From Camelus ferus (lineage: Eukaryota): a stretch of 64,000 nt of DNA. Below the pieces are notes generated by a model. It was not told where the DNA came from. It worked only from the letters and a program-made list of their open reading frames with translations, and searched no databases. The stretch covers positions 53,942,001 to 54,006,000 of the forward strand of contig NC_045696.1 of the NCBI RefSeq assembly GCF_009834535.1, in the 5' to 3' direction. Shown here piece by piece: positions 63,978 through 64,000 of this stretch; within the stretch, counting starts at the first letter, position 1, and the number at the start of each line of letters is the position of its first letter. The position numbers and the translations under genes were made by a program.

Positions 63978-64000
63978 TCAATGATTTTTCTTTTTTTTTG

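Overview
AT-rich, CpG-poor mammalian genomic DNA, most likely from a camelid (camel, alpaca or llama). The species call is an inference from tRNA-Ala-derived vic-1-like SINEs and cetartiodactyl-type L1 3' ends. I find no recognisable protein-coding exon, CpG island, rRNA or genuine tRNA gene. The ORF track appears to consist of chance ORFs and ORFs in repeats. The window looks like a large intron or intergenic segment dominated by transposable-element relics: a ~3 kb L2 ORF2 remnant, a CR1/L3 fragment, many L1 3' ends, MIRs, hAT transposons, MaLR (MLT1) LTRs and several ERV1 LTRs, plus microsatellites and short tandem duplications. Main points of interest: (i) a 134-bp polyadenylated, TSD-flanked insertion with no TE similarity I can recognise (11467-11600), possibly a retrocopy of an unidentified transcript 3' end; (ii) a nested ERV1 locus (49243-52066) with a structured leader; (iii) a young solo LTR with a duplicated 5' end; (iv) a MER41-like LTR lacking GAS motifs; (v) clusters of TALE/E-box and RFX X-box motifs in unique sequence; (vi) a few unverified exon-like segments. 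Repeat family names come from recalled consensus similarity, not a search. Boundaries without TSDs are approximate. I do not see evidence for a novel multi-gene system.
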